Source of the DNA: Octopus sinensis
Lineage: Eukaryota
Assembly: GCF_006345805.1 (NCBI RefSeq)
Contig: NC_043010.1
Location: 7,564,001 to 7,628,000, forward strand
DNA: 64,000 bases
Reading direction: 5' to 3'
In this document: one piece after another, positions 12,192-24,602 of the stretch
How positions within the stretch are numbered: position 1 is the first letter of the stretch
Layout: each line of letters starts with the position of its first letter
Position numbers and translations under genes: made by a program
The notes under the pieces: generated by a model
The model's database searches: none
What the model was told of the DNA's origin: nothing
Seen by the model: only the letters and a program-made list of their open reading frames with translations

Positions 12192-13450
12192 CTTTGACAA
12201 AGCTGTAGAATATTATTTGTTAAGGTTATTTCTACAGATATTTCTATACAAAATATTGATTTTATTTTGAGAAAGTTTTGGCTGCTATTTTTAGAGGGTT
12301 AAGTGTTTAATCAAGAATTACCTTGTTTCATGATTAAGAACTAATTGTTTTTTTACTTTTGTTGTTGTTATCTAAGTCAGTCTAGATCTGGGAGACCCAT
12401 GATTAAAAGCTTTCCAGCCATGAATGACCATCCTGCTTTTCCCTCTTTTCAGACTCCGTTAACCAATGTTCCTTGGTTCAAGACAACAGGATTTGATCTA
12501 AAAGAGATCTGGTTATTGTTTCTAACAGATAAAAAAACCATGTTGTGACTTCCTGTACTGGATTTTACTGTGAAGTGACCGAAAGTAGTATATAAAAACA
12601 GTGGAATAATTTGTTTGTTTTTTTTCTCATGAGGAAGGGTTCTGCTCAAAGAACCGAATATTCATAGCAAGCTAATTTATTTCCCTTTGGAAACTGAAGC
12701 CATCACAAGTTTCCACACGCAGAAACTTGGAGACAAGCAGAGTTACCTACCTTACACATATGCACAAGTCAGTGGCTATTCGAAAAATTCGTTCTAAAGT
12801 CTATGGGATCAGCGATCCATTCCTCTATCCTTAACAGACACTGCCTTTAATCGTTTATCTGACTGTTATAGGGTAATTATCTATGGAGCAGTAGTTAATC
12901 ACTCACGATTATTTGAGCATTGAGGCCTCGCAAAATAAATCACCGTAGACGTCATTTACTTACTTATACAAGGGACACTACTGTATCATTTGTGTCCCGT
13001 TCTCTTCCACTACGTCTTAATAGAGACATCTAATTAACCCTTTCGATACTGAACCTGTCCGAGATCGCCCCTAACGTTCGATGTTACAAAAAACTGGTAA
13101 TTTTAAAGCATTCATTAGTAAATAAACACTTTCCACAGTCGTTTTTTCCAATTAAAATATTTCGTTAATTTATCTTCAAACTTTCATTTCAGGCACTGGC
13201 CGACGGCCATGTTGGGGCACCACCATGACGCTTTTAGTTCAACATATCGATTTCAGTATTTATTTTTTTAAAGCCTGGTATTTATAATAGGGACAACTTA
13301 TCGTAGAACTAATAAGTTATGGGGACGTAAACAAACCAATACTAGTTGTCAGGTTATAGTAGGGGACAAAACACAAACACACACCACACAGACACTTGCA
13401 CACACACGCACACACACGCACACACACACATACACACACATCATCATCAT

Positions 13451-13505
<55 letters not shown>

Positions 13506-13522
13506 ATATATATATATATATA

Positions 13523-13738
13523 AAGTTAATCCAAACAAGAAAACACAAACAAACAAAAAAAACACAACAATGCAAGGACGTAGAACAAATATAGAATTAT
13601 TGGACGCTCAGGAAAGAAGGGAAGTAGGAGGGTTTTACGTTTCGAGTGGAGCTCTTCGTCAGAAACATAGGAGAAGGAAAGATCCCGAGAAGGGAAGACA
13701 GAGGAAAACAAATCGCCAACGGTACTCCCGAGGTCACA
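13523..13738 (-). mobile_element. Penelope-like pLTR fragment carrying a minimal hammerhead (13632-13666)
   Basis: Minus strand: GTTT-CTGACGA-A-GAG ctcca CTC-GAAAC-GTA-AAAC. Lies between (TA)n tracts. Homologous to 55842-56040. Confidence 0.72.
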
Positions 13739-13778
13739 TATATATATATATATAGCCACAGGTACGATGAAAATGGCT

Positions 13779-13965
13779 CAAACGGGAAGGAAGAGCCATT
13801 TTCATTGTACTTGTGGCTATGGCGAAGGAATGTGTATGGTGGACGCATCTGAAAGGATTAGAGACAAACACTTTCCTCTCTGGTCAATCTCTCATCAACT
13901 TCTTCAAGTATCACTTGAAGAGGAAGGTGAGAGTAGAGAGGAAAGTTTTGTCTAGTAAATGTTGT
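13779..13965 (+). mobile_element. L1/Tx1-like LINE ORF2 C-terminal fragment with a short 5' inversion
   Basis: Reads KREGRAIFIVLVAMAKECVWWTHLKGLETNTFLSGQSLINFFKYHLKRKVRVERKVLS, resembling Tx1-type ORF2 ends (AK..(V/I)W..R). Positions ~13753-13779 are an inverted copy of ~13793-13819. Confidence 0.55.
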
Positions 13966-14040
13966 GTGTACTGCATATACTCTATACGCACTTTCTGACA
14001 AGTTGTGGTGCACCTGAGCACTGTATACAATAATTTCATG

Positions 14041-14080
<40 letters not shown>

Positions 14081-14323
14081 GCTGGAATATGTCCCCACTC
14101 ATTCACAACTGATTTATTATCTAACATTCTTTCACTGACTTAAACATTTTGTTCCATTTCGTGCTACTTCCATCTTTATCCTTTAACCTATATAAATTGG
14201 ACATGACCAGTACTTCTTTTTATTAAAACCTGGTATGTATTTTATTGGTTCCTTTTGCCGAACTGTTAAGTTAGGGGAATGTAATCAAACCAATACCAGT
14301 TACCAATCAGTGTTGGAGAACAA

Positions 14324-14365
<42 letters not shown>

Positions 14366-14473
14366 ATGCGCTTCCTTCTTTTTCGTTACAAATCCACTCA
14401 TAAGGCTTTGATTGGTCTGGAGCTAACAGTAGAAGACACTTGCCTTAGATATTATGCAGTGGGACTGAACCCA

Positions 14474-15236
14474 GATGGCACTTAACATATTTTTATCAAA
14501 ATTATTGAGAATTTTTTTATTGAAGTTTTAAAGTATTTCTTTGATTAAGTTAGTTACTAATGTTTTGATGTTAGAGTTTTAATGTATGGCTGTGGTGGTA
14601 AGAAGCTTGGTTTGTAGACAAGCTTCTTATATTCATATAATTTGCCACAAGGGCATTACATAGAAGGGAAGCTGCAGGCTGGACATTTACATTAATTAGA
14701 TGAAAAGGTGAACGAAATTAAGAGGAGCAAAACGACGTCCACCAATTGAAGCCCCTCGATAACACTGTTCTTTTTTCCTTTTTTCTTTTTATTTAAAAAA
14801 CAACAAAAAAAACACACAAATGAGGTAATGAACCTCTTACATAAATTGAGATGCTAAGCCCCTTATCAATCATCCCTGATCAAATCTCTTGCCACCTGCG
14901 GCAATCCCGCAGCATCAAGTTGGGGACCCAGAAAAGATAATTATAATTTTCCTTCGGAAAGGAATCCGTTATTTGGAAAAAAATCCCTTTCTTCCATTAC
15001 CAGCGCAACCACCTGTGGAGGCCAATCTGGACTATCAATACAGGTCGGGTCCATCAGTACCTGACCTTCAAGAAAACTTTCTACCGAGTTGTCTACAAAC
15101 CAAGCTTCTTACCACACAGCCATACATTAAAACTCTAACATCAAAACATTAATAACTAACTTAATCAAAGAAATACTTTAAAACTTCAATAAAAAAAATT
15201 TTCAATAATTTTGATAAAAATATGTTAAGTGCCATC
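14474..15236. repeat. 148-bp inverted duplication (14474-14621 / 15089-15236) around a ~465-bp insert
   Basis: GATGGCACTTAACATATTTTTATC...TTTGTAGACAA is the near-perfect reverse complement of TTGTCTACAAA...ATATGTTAAGTGCCATC. Confidence 0.92.
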
Positions 15237-15439
15237 AGAGCAACAGTAGGAAATAAAAGTTTTATTGATAAATTTTCTTTTGTACTTATGATCTTCTAGG
15301 TGACCTGAGAGGGGTGGTTTTGTATCCTTTTTCATAGTTTTGAAAGCCTGAGTTTTAATCAGTCCTTTATTTATTGTTATTAAAAATAAGCTGTATATGA
15401 TAAAGTTTTACAACAGAAATGAATTCACTGGTGAACTTA

Positions 15440-15655
15440 AGCCAAAATGAACTTGAACTGAGTGAGTCTGAGACAAGAGAGCTTGAACAGAGATAACTAG
15501 TGTGGAGCCAGTTTGAGCTAAGAGAACTTGAGCTGAAAGAATTTGAACTAAGAGAGTGTGAGCTAAGAGTGTTTGAGCTGAGAGAGAGGGATCTAAGAAA
15601 GTTTGGGATTAGAGAACTTGAGCTGAGACATGTTGAGCTGAAGAAGACTAAGTGA
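15440..15655 (+). repeat. Degenerate 15-bp minisatellite that translates as (ELRE[L/F])n
   Basis: GAGCT(A/G)AGAGAA(C/T)TT-like period, about 14 units. Confidence 0.75.
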
Positions 15656-15790
15656 AAAAACTTAAATCTTGATCAAAACGATTTTTACTGTAAATACTCT
15701 ACCTTTATGAGGAAATGTTCTCTTGTGATTCTTAAACTGACTTTAAATAAAAGACAGTCTGTGTGTGTGTGTGTGTGCACTAAAACAAGT

Positions 15791-16188
15791 GGATCATTTC
15801 GGTTTGAATGGCAGTTTTTCTAGCGCTGTCATAGGAAATTGTCACCCATAATTATGACCCTAGTATCGATCTATTGCATTTCAATCTGTTTTAGGGTTAG
15901 GGGTGGCAGGAAGGGTATCTTTTTTTCTTCAGAAATGTAAATAAACCCAATCTGTTTCTTAAACGAGGGACAGAATGTTTTCACCTCAATAGACGTCATT
16001 GATTGGTTGAAATTGCAGAAATTGAAGAAAAAAAAACAACAAATATCTTACAAACTATAGAATTTTCTCAATAAAGCCAAGAGAAAAAGATGTTTTATAA
16101 ACACGTTCTACCAGTATACGAAGTTTAAAAGTGTTTATTTACGTGGAAATTATTTTTAAAAAAACTGCCGTTCAAACCGAAAAGATCC
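15791..16188. mobile_element. MITE with ~29-bp TIRs (superfamily uncertain; Merlin- or MULE-like)
   Basis: GGATCATTTCGGTTTGAATGGCAGTTTTT / AAAAACTGCCGTTCAAACCGAAAAGATCC. Flanks AAAACAAGT and GGAATAAGT match at 6 of 9 positions (possible decayed 9-bp TSD). Confidence 0.8.
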
Positions 16189-17205
16189 GGAATAAGTACT
16201 AGAAATAATCTGAAATAAAACTCATCTTATGTTTAGCTATCAACTGGAAGTAGATTCAATATATAAAACAGTGAAGAGAACGAAAATTTTTGGTCAGAAA
16301 TCGTGATAAGAGATTAATCTATAATGAGCATTTAAAATCTGAAAAGTTTTCGGAAAAGATATTTGAAAAACGCATGAAGTCGAAACAAGCCAAGAGGAAA
16401 CAACTCATGTCAAACTAAAATCAAATTTGCTTATACAGCAGTGCTTTTTAATCGGAGTTGGAATCGAATGCAGAAATCTATGTTCGTGTGTTCGGTGGGG
16501 CATATCAGCACAATGTGCTTTCTCTTGCTCTCCTTCGCTTCCTGTCCTCTGCCTCTTACTCCAAACACACACACACGCACGCGCGCAGACACATGCGCTA
16601 TCACTATCATTACAACTATCATTAGCTATCAAAACCACATTTCCATGCCGGCTTTATTTTAACGATAAACTTGCACACAACAGCATATTTTCGTGTGTCT
16701 TTCTCTATATCTTGTAGCATCTCATGTGTGAAGCGTAATGTTTTTAAGATTTGATCTAAATATCTTGTCCAGATCTCCTTCAGCCTATCTCTCCTTTGTG
16801 TACACTCCAACTCCAATCTCGTGACACTTTTTCCGCCCAGTACATATCATCGATTCACATGATATATGTGCGTATCACTACAGTCATCAAATCTTCCATT
16901 ACATTTCATTCACTTTCTCTCTCTCTCTGTCTCCCTTTGTTTCATTCTCTTTTTACATCATCTCTCTATCTATCTCTCACTCTTTCTCTCTGTTGAGACC
17001 AAAACTGAACCATCTCTTATCTCAACTTATATTTCTTAAAGTCAATGCCAAAGATATTTTTCTTCCTACTTATCACACAACACTCGTTTTCGTAAACACA
17101 CACATATATTTATGTATGCGTATGTTTGGTGTGAGTGTGTGTGTGTATACATATATATATATATATATATATACATATATATTAGAAAGTTTGGAGATGA
17201 TGTAC

Positions 17206-17243
<38 letters not shown>

Positions 17244-17395
17244 TAGAAAGTTTGGAGATGATGTACAGGTATTTTATATTAGAAGAAATGAGGTACTCAT
17301 TTTATATATCATATAACTTATATCATATATCATATATTAGTGCTTTCGTCCATTCTGGTGGACATATATATATATGTGTGTGTGTATATATATAT

Positions 17396-17805
17396 TCTTT
17401 TATTTGTTTCAGTCATTTAACTTCGGCCATGCTGGAGCACTGCCTTTAGTCGAGCAAATCGATCCCAAAACTTAATCTTTGTTAGCCTAGTACTTATTCT
17501 ATCAGTCTCTTTTGCCAAACCACTAAGTTATGTGGACATTAACACACCAGCATCGGTTGTCAACTGATGTTGGGGAGGACAAACACAGAGACACAAACAC
17601 ATATATAAACATCTATATATATATATATTATATATATATATATATATGATGGGCTTCTCTCAGTTTCTATCTACCAAATCCACTCACAAGGCCTTGGTCG
17701 GGCTGAGGCTATAGTAGAAGAAACTTGATCAAGGTACCATGTAGTGGTACTGAACCCTGAACCATGTGGTTGATAAACAACTACTTATCACACACCCACT
17801 CCTGC
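17396..17805 (-). mobile_element. SINE family B copy
   Basis: Homology to the other family-B copies. Confidence 0.85.
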
Positions 17806-18089
17806 ATATATACATGTTAGGAAGGGCATCCTACCATAGAAATCATGCCAACTCAGACTGGAGTCTAGTGCATCTCACCACCTTGCCTGCCCTGGTCAAA
17901 TTCTCCAACCCATGCATGCCAGCATGGATAACAGACGCTAAATGATGATGATGCTGATGATTGATGTGTGTGTGGGTGTGTATGTGTGTGTGTATGTATT
18001 ATTGGCATCGTTGTTTAATGCCCTGCATGGGTCAGAAGGAATTTGTTATGGTAGATTGTTGTTATACAACAGCAGTCACAATGCACTTC

Positions 18090-18600
18090 CAGTCTTCCCC
18101 TCATTGCAAATCTTTCTACTATTTGGGCCCCGTGACTTTGAATATGTCTTTGAAATGCTCTCCTCTGATCTCTTGGCTACCAATCTACAACTGAATGAGT
18201 CTTTCTGCCAATTATAAGCTTTAAAACATGAGCAGTCCAAAAGAACTTCTGCTTTCGGTATTCTGCAGTTACATCACTTACTGCGCTCCATTCTCAAATT
18301 ATTTTAGCTTGGATATCCTTCCTCAATAATGTTCCTAGCAAGGATCTTTCCATGGCTGCTCTGTATCACAGCCAGTGTCTGTTTTTTTGTAGTAGTCCAC
18401 ATTTGGATATAAATGTGAAGGTTGGAGGTTGGATACTATTGAAGAATTGACGAGATTGGTACATTTTTAATCAAGGCAAACCACTTTGAACCTGCTCTTA
18501 TTCTTTTTGAGATTTTAACATTTACATCTTGATATATATTTATCATCTGCCCCAACTAAAATTACACTTTCACCTCCTCAATTTCTTCACTTTCCTCAAA
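18090..18600 (-). mobile_element. Highly decayed RTE-clade LINE fragment
   Basis: Broken minus-strand frames give EEIEEV..GQMINI...ISKRIRAG...AMERSLLG, matching the RTE post-RT pattern (EEV..Y.YLGQ, I.RRI.AGW, QRAMERSMLG). Confidence 0.6.
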
Positions 18601-18604
18601 GAAC

Positions 18605-20108
18605 TAATTTACCTTATGAATTCACTTTCCCTCAACACATTATTTTAATAAGGATTACCTTTATCAAAGGTTGCATTATTCAACAATAAATCAGAAATGA
18701 TTTTACTCATATTACCTTCTACTTGTTGCAATCATTGGACTGCAACCATACTGAGGTATTACCTTGTGGGGTTTTAGTCAAACAAATCAGCCCCAGTACT
18801 TCAATCTGGTATTTATTCAATCAGTCCTTTTCACCAAATTACTGAGTTACAAGGTCATTAAGAAACCAACACTGGTTGTTTAACAGTGCAACAATAGGTA
18901 ATATAGATACAAAGACACACACACACACTTTATCTGAAATCTGGGTGTCAAGCTCTGTTAGCATGGTCAGCAGCTAATCTGAGGTTTCTGCAATATACAT
19001 TATGTAATCTACAAATCAGATGGGTGTTGATAGATCATGGTTGATGTTAACATATGGTAGTGGAAAATAAATGCCCACCTGGAGAATTATGGTGAATCTT
19101 TCATTAAAATGTTGATAGTTATGTATCTTGATATACATAATATATCCTCTCTTGGATCCTTTGCCTATTATGTTCCAGTTAAAGTGGTCATCACTTTAAC
19201 CAGGAACTATTACCCAATTATACAGTGCTAAAAGAAATTTACTGATATGTCTATTTTTGTAAAAAGTTTTAACTGCTTTGTTTGGATAAGGTATTTCTCT
19301 GTGATACATAGATTACAATGTTTGGGCCTAATAGTTTATAAAGTACTATGATCCATAAATCCTCATATAAATGATACTTTACTTTTTACCTTAAATATAT
19401 TTGAGAGCAAAACTGTGGCATTATGTTTCATTTCAAAAGAGTGAAGTATGATCAATATCACATTTTATAAATTTAACATATAAAATCCTTTGTAATGCTT
19501 CATCATAATTTTCTGACCTATAATTGAACCGATGAAGAATTTGTTTAGCATTTCCAAATTAAAGGGCCATAACTTTTTATTTCTACAACATGATATTATC
19601 AGCAATTTTATTAGTTGACTCTTTTATTAGAATTTGTTTTATGCAGCTATTTACAGACCTTAAATTGATTCTATTAAATGATTTTCACTATCTATAATCA
19701 ATAAGAAAATGTTCGATTATTAGGGCTAACTACTACTTTTCTTTATTTTGTGATATTGGATTTTATGCTTGAAGAGACGCAGATGTTAAACCAGATTTTT
19801 CAGTATCTTTACTTCATAAAACATTTTGGAATTTTGGTCTACAAGTAATTTACTTTATGAATTCACTTTCCCTCAACACATTATTTTAATAAGGGATACC
19901 TTTATCAAAGGTTGCATTATTCAATAATAAATCAGAAATGCTTTTACTCATATTACCTTTTACTTGTTGCAATCATTGGACTGCAACCATACTGAGGTAT
20001 TACCTTGTGGGGTTTTAGTCAAACAAATCAGCCCCAGTACTTCAATCTGGTATTTATTCAATCAGGCCTTTTCACCAAATTGCTGAGTTACAAGGCCGTT
20101 AAGAAATC

Positions 20109-20113
<5 letters not shown>
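18605..20113. repeat. 268-bp direct duplication (18605-18872 and 19846-20113) bracketing ~970 bp
   Basis: TAATTTAC.TTATGAATTCACTTTCCCTCAACAC...AAGAAA.CAACAC occurs twice at roughly 95% identity. Confidence 0.92.
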
Positions 20114-20146
<33 letters not shown>

Positions 20147-20377
20147 CACACAGTCTCTCTCTCTCTCTCTAACGTAGACACACATATGATGGGCATCCAC
20201 ATAAGGCACTGGTCAGCTTGGGGCTACAGTAGAAGACACTTGCTCAATGTGTTGCACAGTGGGACTAAACCCGAAGCCATATGGTTGCAAGGCAAGTTTC
20301 TCAACCACACAGCCAGTGTTATTCTCTAATAACAGAAATGGGAAAATGTGCAACTGGATGCCTTCAAGTAGTTAGTT

Positions 20378-20812
20378 CATCATCATCATCATCGTTTACC
20401 ACCTGCTTTCCATGCTAGCATGGGTTGTACGATTTGACTGAGGTCTGGAGAACCAGATGGCTGCACCAGACTCCAATCTGATCTGGCAGTGTTTCTACAG
20501 CTGGATGCCCTTCTTAACACCAACCACTCTGAGAGTGTAGTGGGTGCTTTTACGTGCCACCGGCACGTGAGACAGGTAGGCAGTACTGGCAACGGCCACG
20601 CTCAAATGGTGCTTTTTATGTGCCACCTGTACAGGAGCCAGTCCAGCAGCACTGACAACGACCTCGCTTGAATGTTTTTCCTGTACCACCAGCACAAGTG
20701 CCAGTAAGGCGACGCAGGTAACAATCACGCTCGAATGGCACTTTTTACATGCCATCGGCACGGAGGCCAGTCTGTTGCTCTGGCAACGATCACGTTCATA
20801 TGGTACTCTTAG
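20378..20812 (-). mobile_element. Retroposon family D with a (GAT)n tail and internal ~60-bp repeats
   Basis: Minus strand ...GTTAAGAAGGGCATCCAGCTGTAGAAAC...CCCATGCTAGCATGGAAAGC...AAACGATGATGATG. Other copies at 17815-17955 (+), 20993-21310 (-), 45439-45693 (-) and 53885-54165 (+). Confidence 0.8.
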
Positions 20813-20992
20813 TTATATGTTCTTTTCTTTTACCAGTTTCAGCCAAGTGAACTGAGGTCATGCTGGAGCACCACCTTTAATGCCTTTTACTTGAGTAGAT
20901 AGACTTCAGTCTTTTATCTGGTATTTGTTTTATGAACCTCAGAGGGAGTTAAGCAAAGTTGACCAGTAAGGGAGAGATTGAACACTAAAATT

Positions 20993-21310
20993 ATCATCAT
21001 CATCATCATCGTTTAGTGTCCGCTTTCCATGCTGGCATGGGTTGGACGGTGCAACTGGGGTCTGGGAAGCCAGAACGCTGCACCAGGCCCAGTCTGATCT
21101 GGCAATGTTTCTATGGCTGGATGCCCTTCCTAACGCCAACCACTCCATGAGTGTAGTGGGTGCTTTTTACGTGCCACCTGCACAGGTGCCAGACAAGTCT
21201 GGCAAACGGCCACGGTCGGATGGTGCCTTTTACGTGCCACCGGCATGGAGGCCAGGCGAGGCTGGCAAACGGCCACGATCGGATGGCGCTTTTTACGTTC
21301 CACCGGCACG
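20993..21310 (-). mobile_element. Retroposon family D copy
   Basis: Same tail and GGTGC(T/C)TTTTACGTGCCAC internal repeats. Confidence 0.8.
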
Positions 21311-21412
21311 TAAAAAAAAGACGGAAAGCATAGTCACAATCCTAAAAAGTAACAGCTATAAGAAACATTCCTTCAACCCAATTCCACTTGTAAGGTATTA
21401 CAAAGTAGAAAA

Positions 21413-21643
21413 GGCAGCGAGCTGGCAGAATCATTAGCACGCCGGGCGAAATGCTAAGCGATATTTCGTCTGCCGTTACGTTCTGAGTTCAAATTCCACC
21501 GAGGTCGACTTTGCCTTTCATCCTTTCGGGGTCGATAAATTAAGTGCCAGTTATGCACTGGGGTTGATGTAATCGACTTAATCCCTTTGTCTGTCCTTGT
21601 TTGTCCCCTCTATGTTTAGACCCTTGTGGGCAATAAAGAAATA
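21413..21643 (+). mobile_element. SINE family A monomer with a 17-bp TSD
   Basis: TSD TATTACAA(A/G)GTAGAAAA at 21396-21412 and 21644-21660. Confidence 0.92.
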
Positions 21644-22596
21644 TATTACAAGGTAGAAAACACTTGTCTATGGTGCTGTACAGTGGGATTGAACCTGGAG
21701 CCCTATGGCTGCAAAACAAACTCCCTACACCTATGACTATATTCTCAATCCAAATCCAATAAGAATCGACTTTCTACAATCTCAGGTCAGTCAATAAAAC
21801 AAGTTCCATTTGATTCAGCGAACCACATTCTCAGTTCAAATCCAGTAAGGATCAACTATGATCCCTCTAGGGTCAGTCAATAAAATAAATACCAATTGAT
21901 TTGGTGAACTACTGTGTACTCTAGCTAGTTAGTAACTTGTGTATCTTTCATTGTTACTTTTGTGTAGTTCTTCGTATTTGTTCCCTGCAAAATATCATTA
22001 CTATAATTGGGAACATGGCAAGTGCTGTTTTATAGCCGTAAGTTTTCAGTGAACTGAATCTACCACTTAATTTCAATTCTCTAATGAATCTACAATGAAT
22101 CTACTCTCTGATGTGAATGGTCCACTTCAGAAAAAAATATGAACAATTTCTTTTTCCCTACCTACTATTCCTCTTTAAAAAAAAACCCAAAGTTCTGATA
22201 CATCATTCCTGACAGTAGGAATCATTATTATAATTGATATAGTGTAAATTGTCAGTGAATAGGCATAGATATATGTATGACAAAACATTTGACCACTTAA
22301 TAGTATATGTTGCTATTAACAGATGAAACAAATGTGACTATATTGTTATATATTTGTGTGAAGTAACTTTCACGATATCTCAGGACAACACAAGAGCATA
22401 AGTCAAATCAAATACTTGGTAAACCTGTACAATGCTAAGGTATACATGCACACACACACACACAATCATAAATTCATGGGGTATGAGAGATGAATATACA
22501 TATATTTTTAACCACATGATTTTCTTTGGATTACTAAGTGAATTGCTACGCAAGTTCATAAGATGAACTTTTTGTGACAGAGTGGCATATATATAT

Positions 22597-22987
22597 TCTT
22601 TTACTCTTTTACTCTTTTACTTGTTTCAGTCATTTGACTGCGGCCATGCTGGAGCACCGCCTTTTAGTCGAGTAAATCGACCCCAGGATTTATTCTTTGT
22701 AAGCCTAGTACTTATTCTATCAGTCTCTTTTGTTGAACTGCTAAGTTATGGGGATATAAACACACCACCATCAGTTGTCAAGCAATGGTGGGGGGACAAA
22801 CTCAGACACACAAACATATACACATATATACGACGGGCTTCTTTCAGTTTCCGTCTACCAAATCCACTCACAAGGCTTTGGTTGGCCCGGGGCTATAGTA
22901 GAATACACTTGCTCAAGGTGCCATGCAGAGGGACTGAACCCAGAACCATGTGATTGGTAAGCAAGCTACTTACCACACAACCACTCA
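22597..22987 (-). mobile_element. SINE family B copy
   Basis: Homology to the other family-B copies. Confidence 0.88.
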
Positions 22988-23594
22988 TATATATATATAT
23001 ATATATATCGTTGCTATTATGTTAAACTGTCGTATATCCAAATTTGGCCAAATACTTTTGTTTCAATATTTATTTTTGCTTGCAATGGCTGCTTCTTTTG
23101 GTCTGACTATCATATCTGCAGCTACTTCAAATGCCAAGATATCAAAATTGTCAAAGTGTAGTACAACGGTTTTGTTATGGAATGGTGAAACTATTATATA
23201 CACAAGCACTTATAGATACATATTTATATGTATGTATATGTCTATATATCCATGTATGTATACATTTTATAAACTCAATTTTTATCTTATCTCACATGAG
23301 TTTCATGCTATTGTGATCTTCAGGTCAGAGCTGCTGCAGCTCAGTTTTGGTGTGTATTTATATTCAGTGGTCTGGGTCTGTTTCTAAGTTTGTGTCTGTT
23401 CATTGTTTTCGTTTTTGTTGTAGTTGAAATGGTACACCCTTCCTACAGGACAAGTGGTATGAACCAGCCACTATAAAGTGAGACGACATCAACCAGTATA
23501 CAGTGTGGTGTGTTGGCCATTGTAGAGTTGTTGTATGAATTCTCAGTTACATGTTAATTGAGGTAGACTGTTCAAGGTGTTTCACTGTGTTAAT

Positions 23595-24602
23595 ACGTTT
23601 GTGTTTGTACACTCTGTTTATGGAAAAGAATGCTTGAATGAAAGAACTTGCAGAAGAGGGTTTGCAAAATTCAGAAGTAGAGATTTCAGTGCTGAAGATG
23701 AAGATCAAACAGGACATCCAGTTGAGTTTGATGATAAGCTCTTCGAGGCATTACTTGAAGAAAATCCTGCATTGTATAGTTCAAACTATACAACTGGTCA
23801 TCGTCATCTTCAATAACTTGGAAAGGTTCCTAAGCTTGGAAAATGGGTGCCTCATGAATTGTTGGAAAGCAACCACAAATCCCAAGTTGACATCTGCTCT
23901 TCTCTCCATTTGCGTGAACTCATTTCACCCTTTTTGGATAGACTTGTGACTGGTGATGAAAAATGGATCTTCTATCGAAAAGTTAAACGTCGTAAACTGA
24001 GGCTTGGTAAAAGGGGAAAAGCCAAACCACAACCGAGAAGAGAACTTCATGGAAAAAAGGTTCTTCTCTCTATCTGGTGGGATTGCAAAGGAGTAATTCA
24101 CTTTGAATTGTTACCACCTAATGCAACAGCAATCAATGCTCAAGTCTATTGTCAGCAACTAGAGCATTTGAACCAAGCTTTGAAGATAAAAAGACCCACT
24201 TTAGTGAATTGAAAAGGAGTGATGTCTTATCAGGAAAATGCATGACCCCACCCTGCAAAGATCTTATCACAGAAGATCGAAGAGCTTGGTTGGGAAAAAA
24301 TTCCTCATCCATCTAATTCTCCCAACCTTGTTCCTTCAGAATACCATTTGTTTTGTAGTTTACAGAATCATTTGGGGGACATAACTTTCACAAGCCAGGA
24401 GGTCGAAACTGACATTTCAGAGTTCTTCACTTTGAAACCGAAAGAGTTTTACATTGATGGGATTAAAATGCTTGTAAATGGATGGAAGGATGTCATAGAT
24501 AATCAGGGAAAGTACATTGATGATTAAATTTCAATTAAATATAAAATTTGATCACTTGCTTTCTTTACTCAAAATTCGGACAGAACTTATGGGATGACCT
24601 GA
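23595..24602 (+). mobile_element. 5'-truncated mariner (DD34D) transposase pseudogene with right TIR
   Basis: Motifs VYGKECLNERTCRR.FAKFRS, WVPHEL, LVTGDEKWIFY, KKVLLSIWWDCKGVIHFELL, QENA*PH, SPNLVPSEYHLF, with stops and frameshifts. Right TIR ...CGGACAGAACTTATGGGATGACCTGA followed by TA. Confidence 0.93.

Noticed and set aside
15890-15903. TTAGGGTTAGGG telomeric repeat
   Set aside because: Only two units, internal to a MITE.
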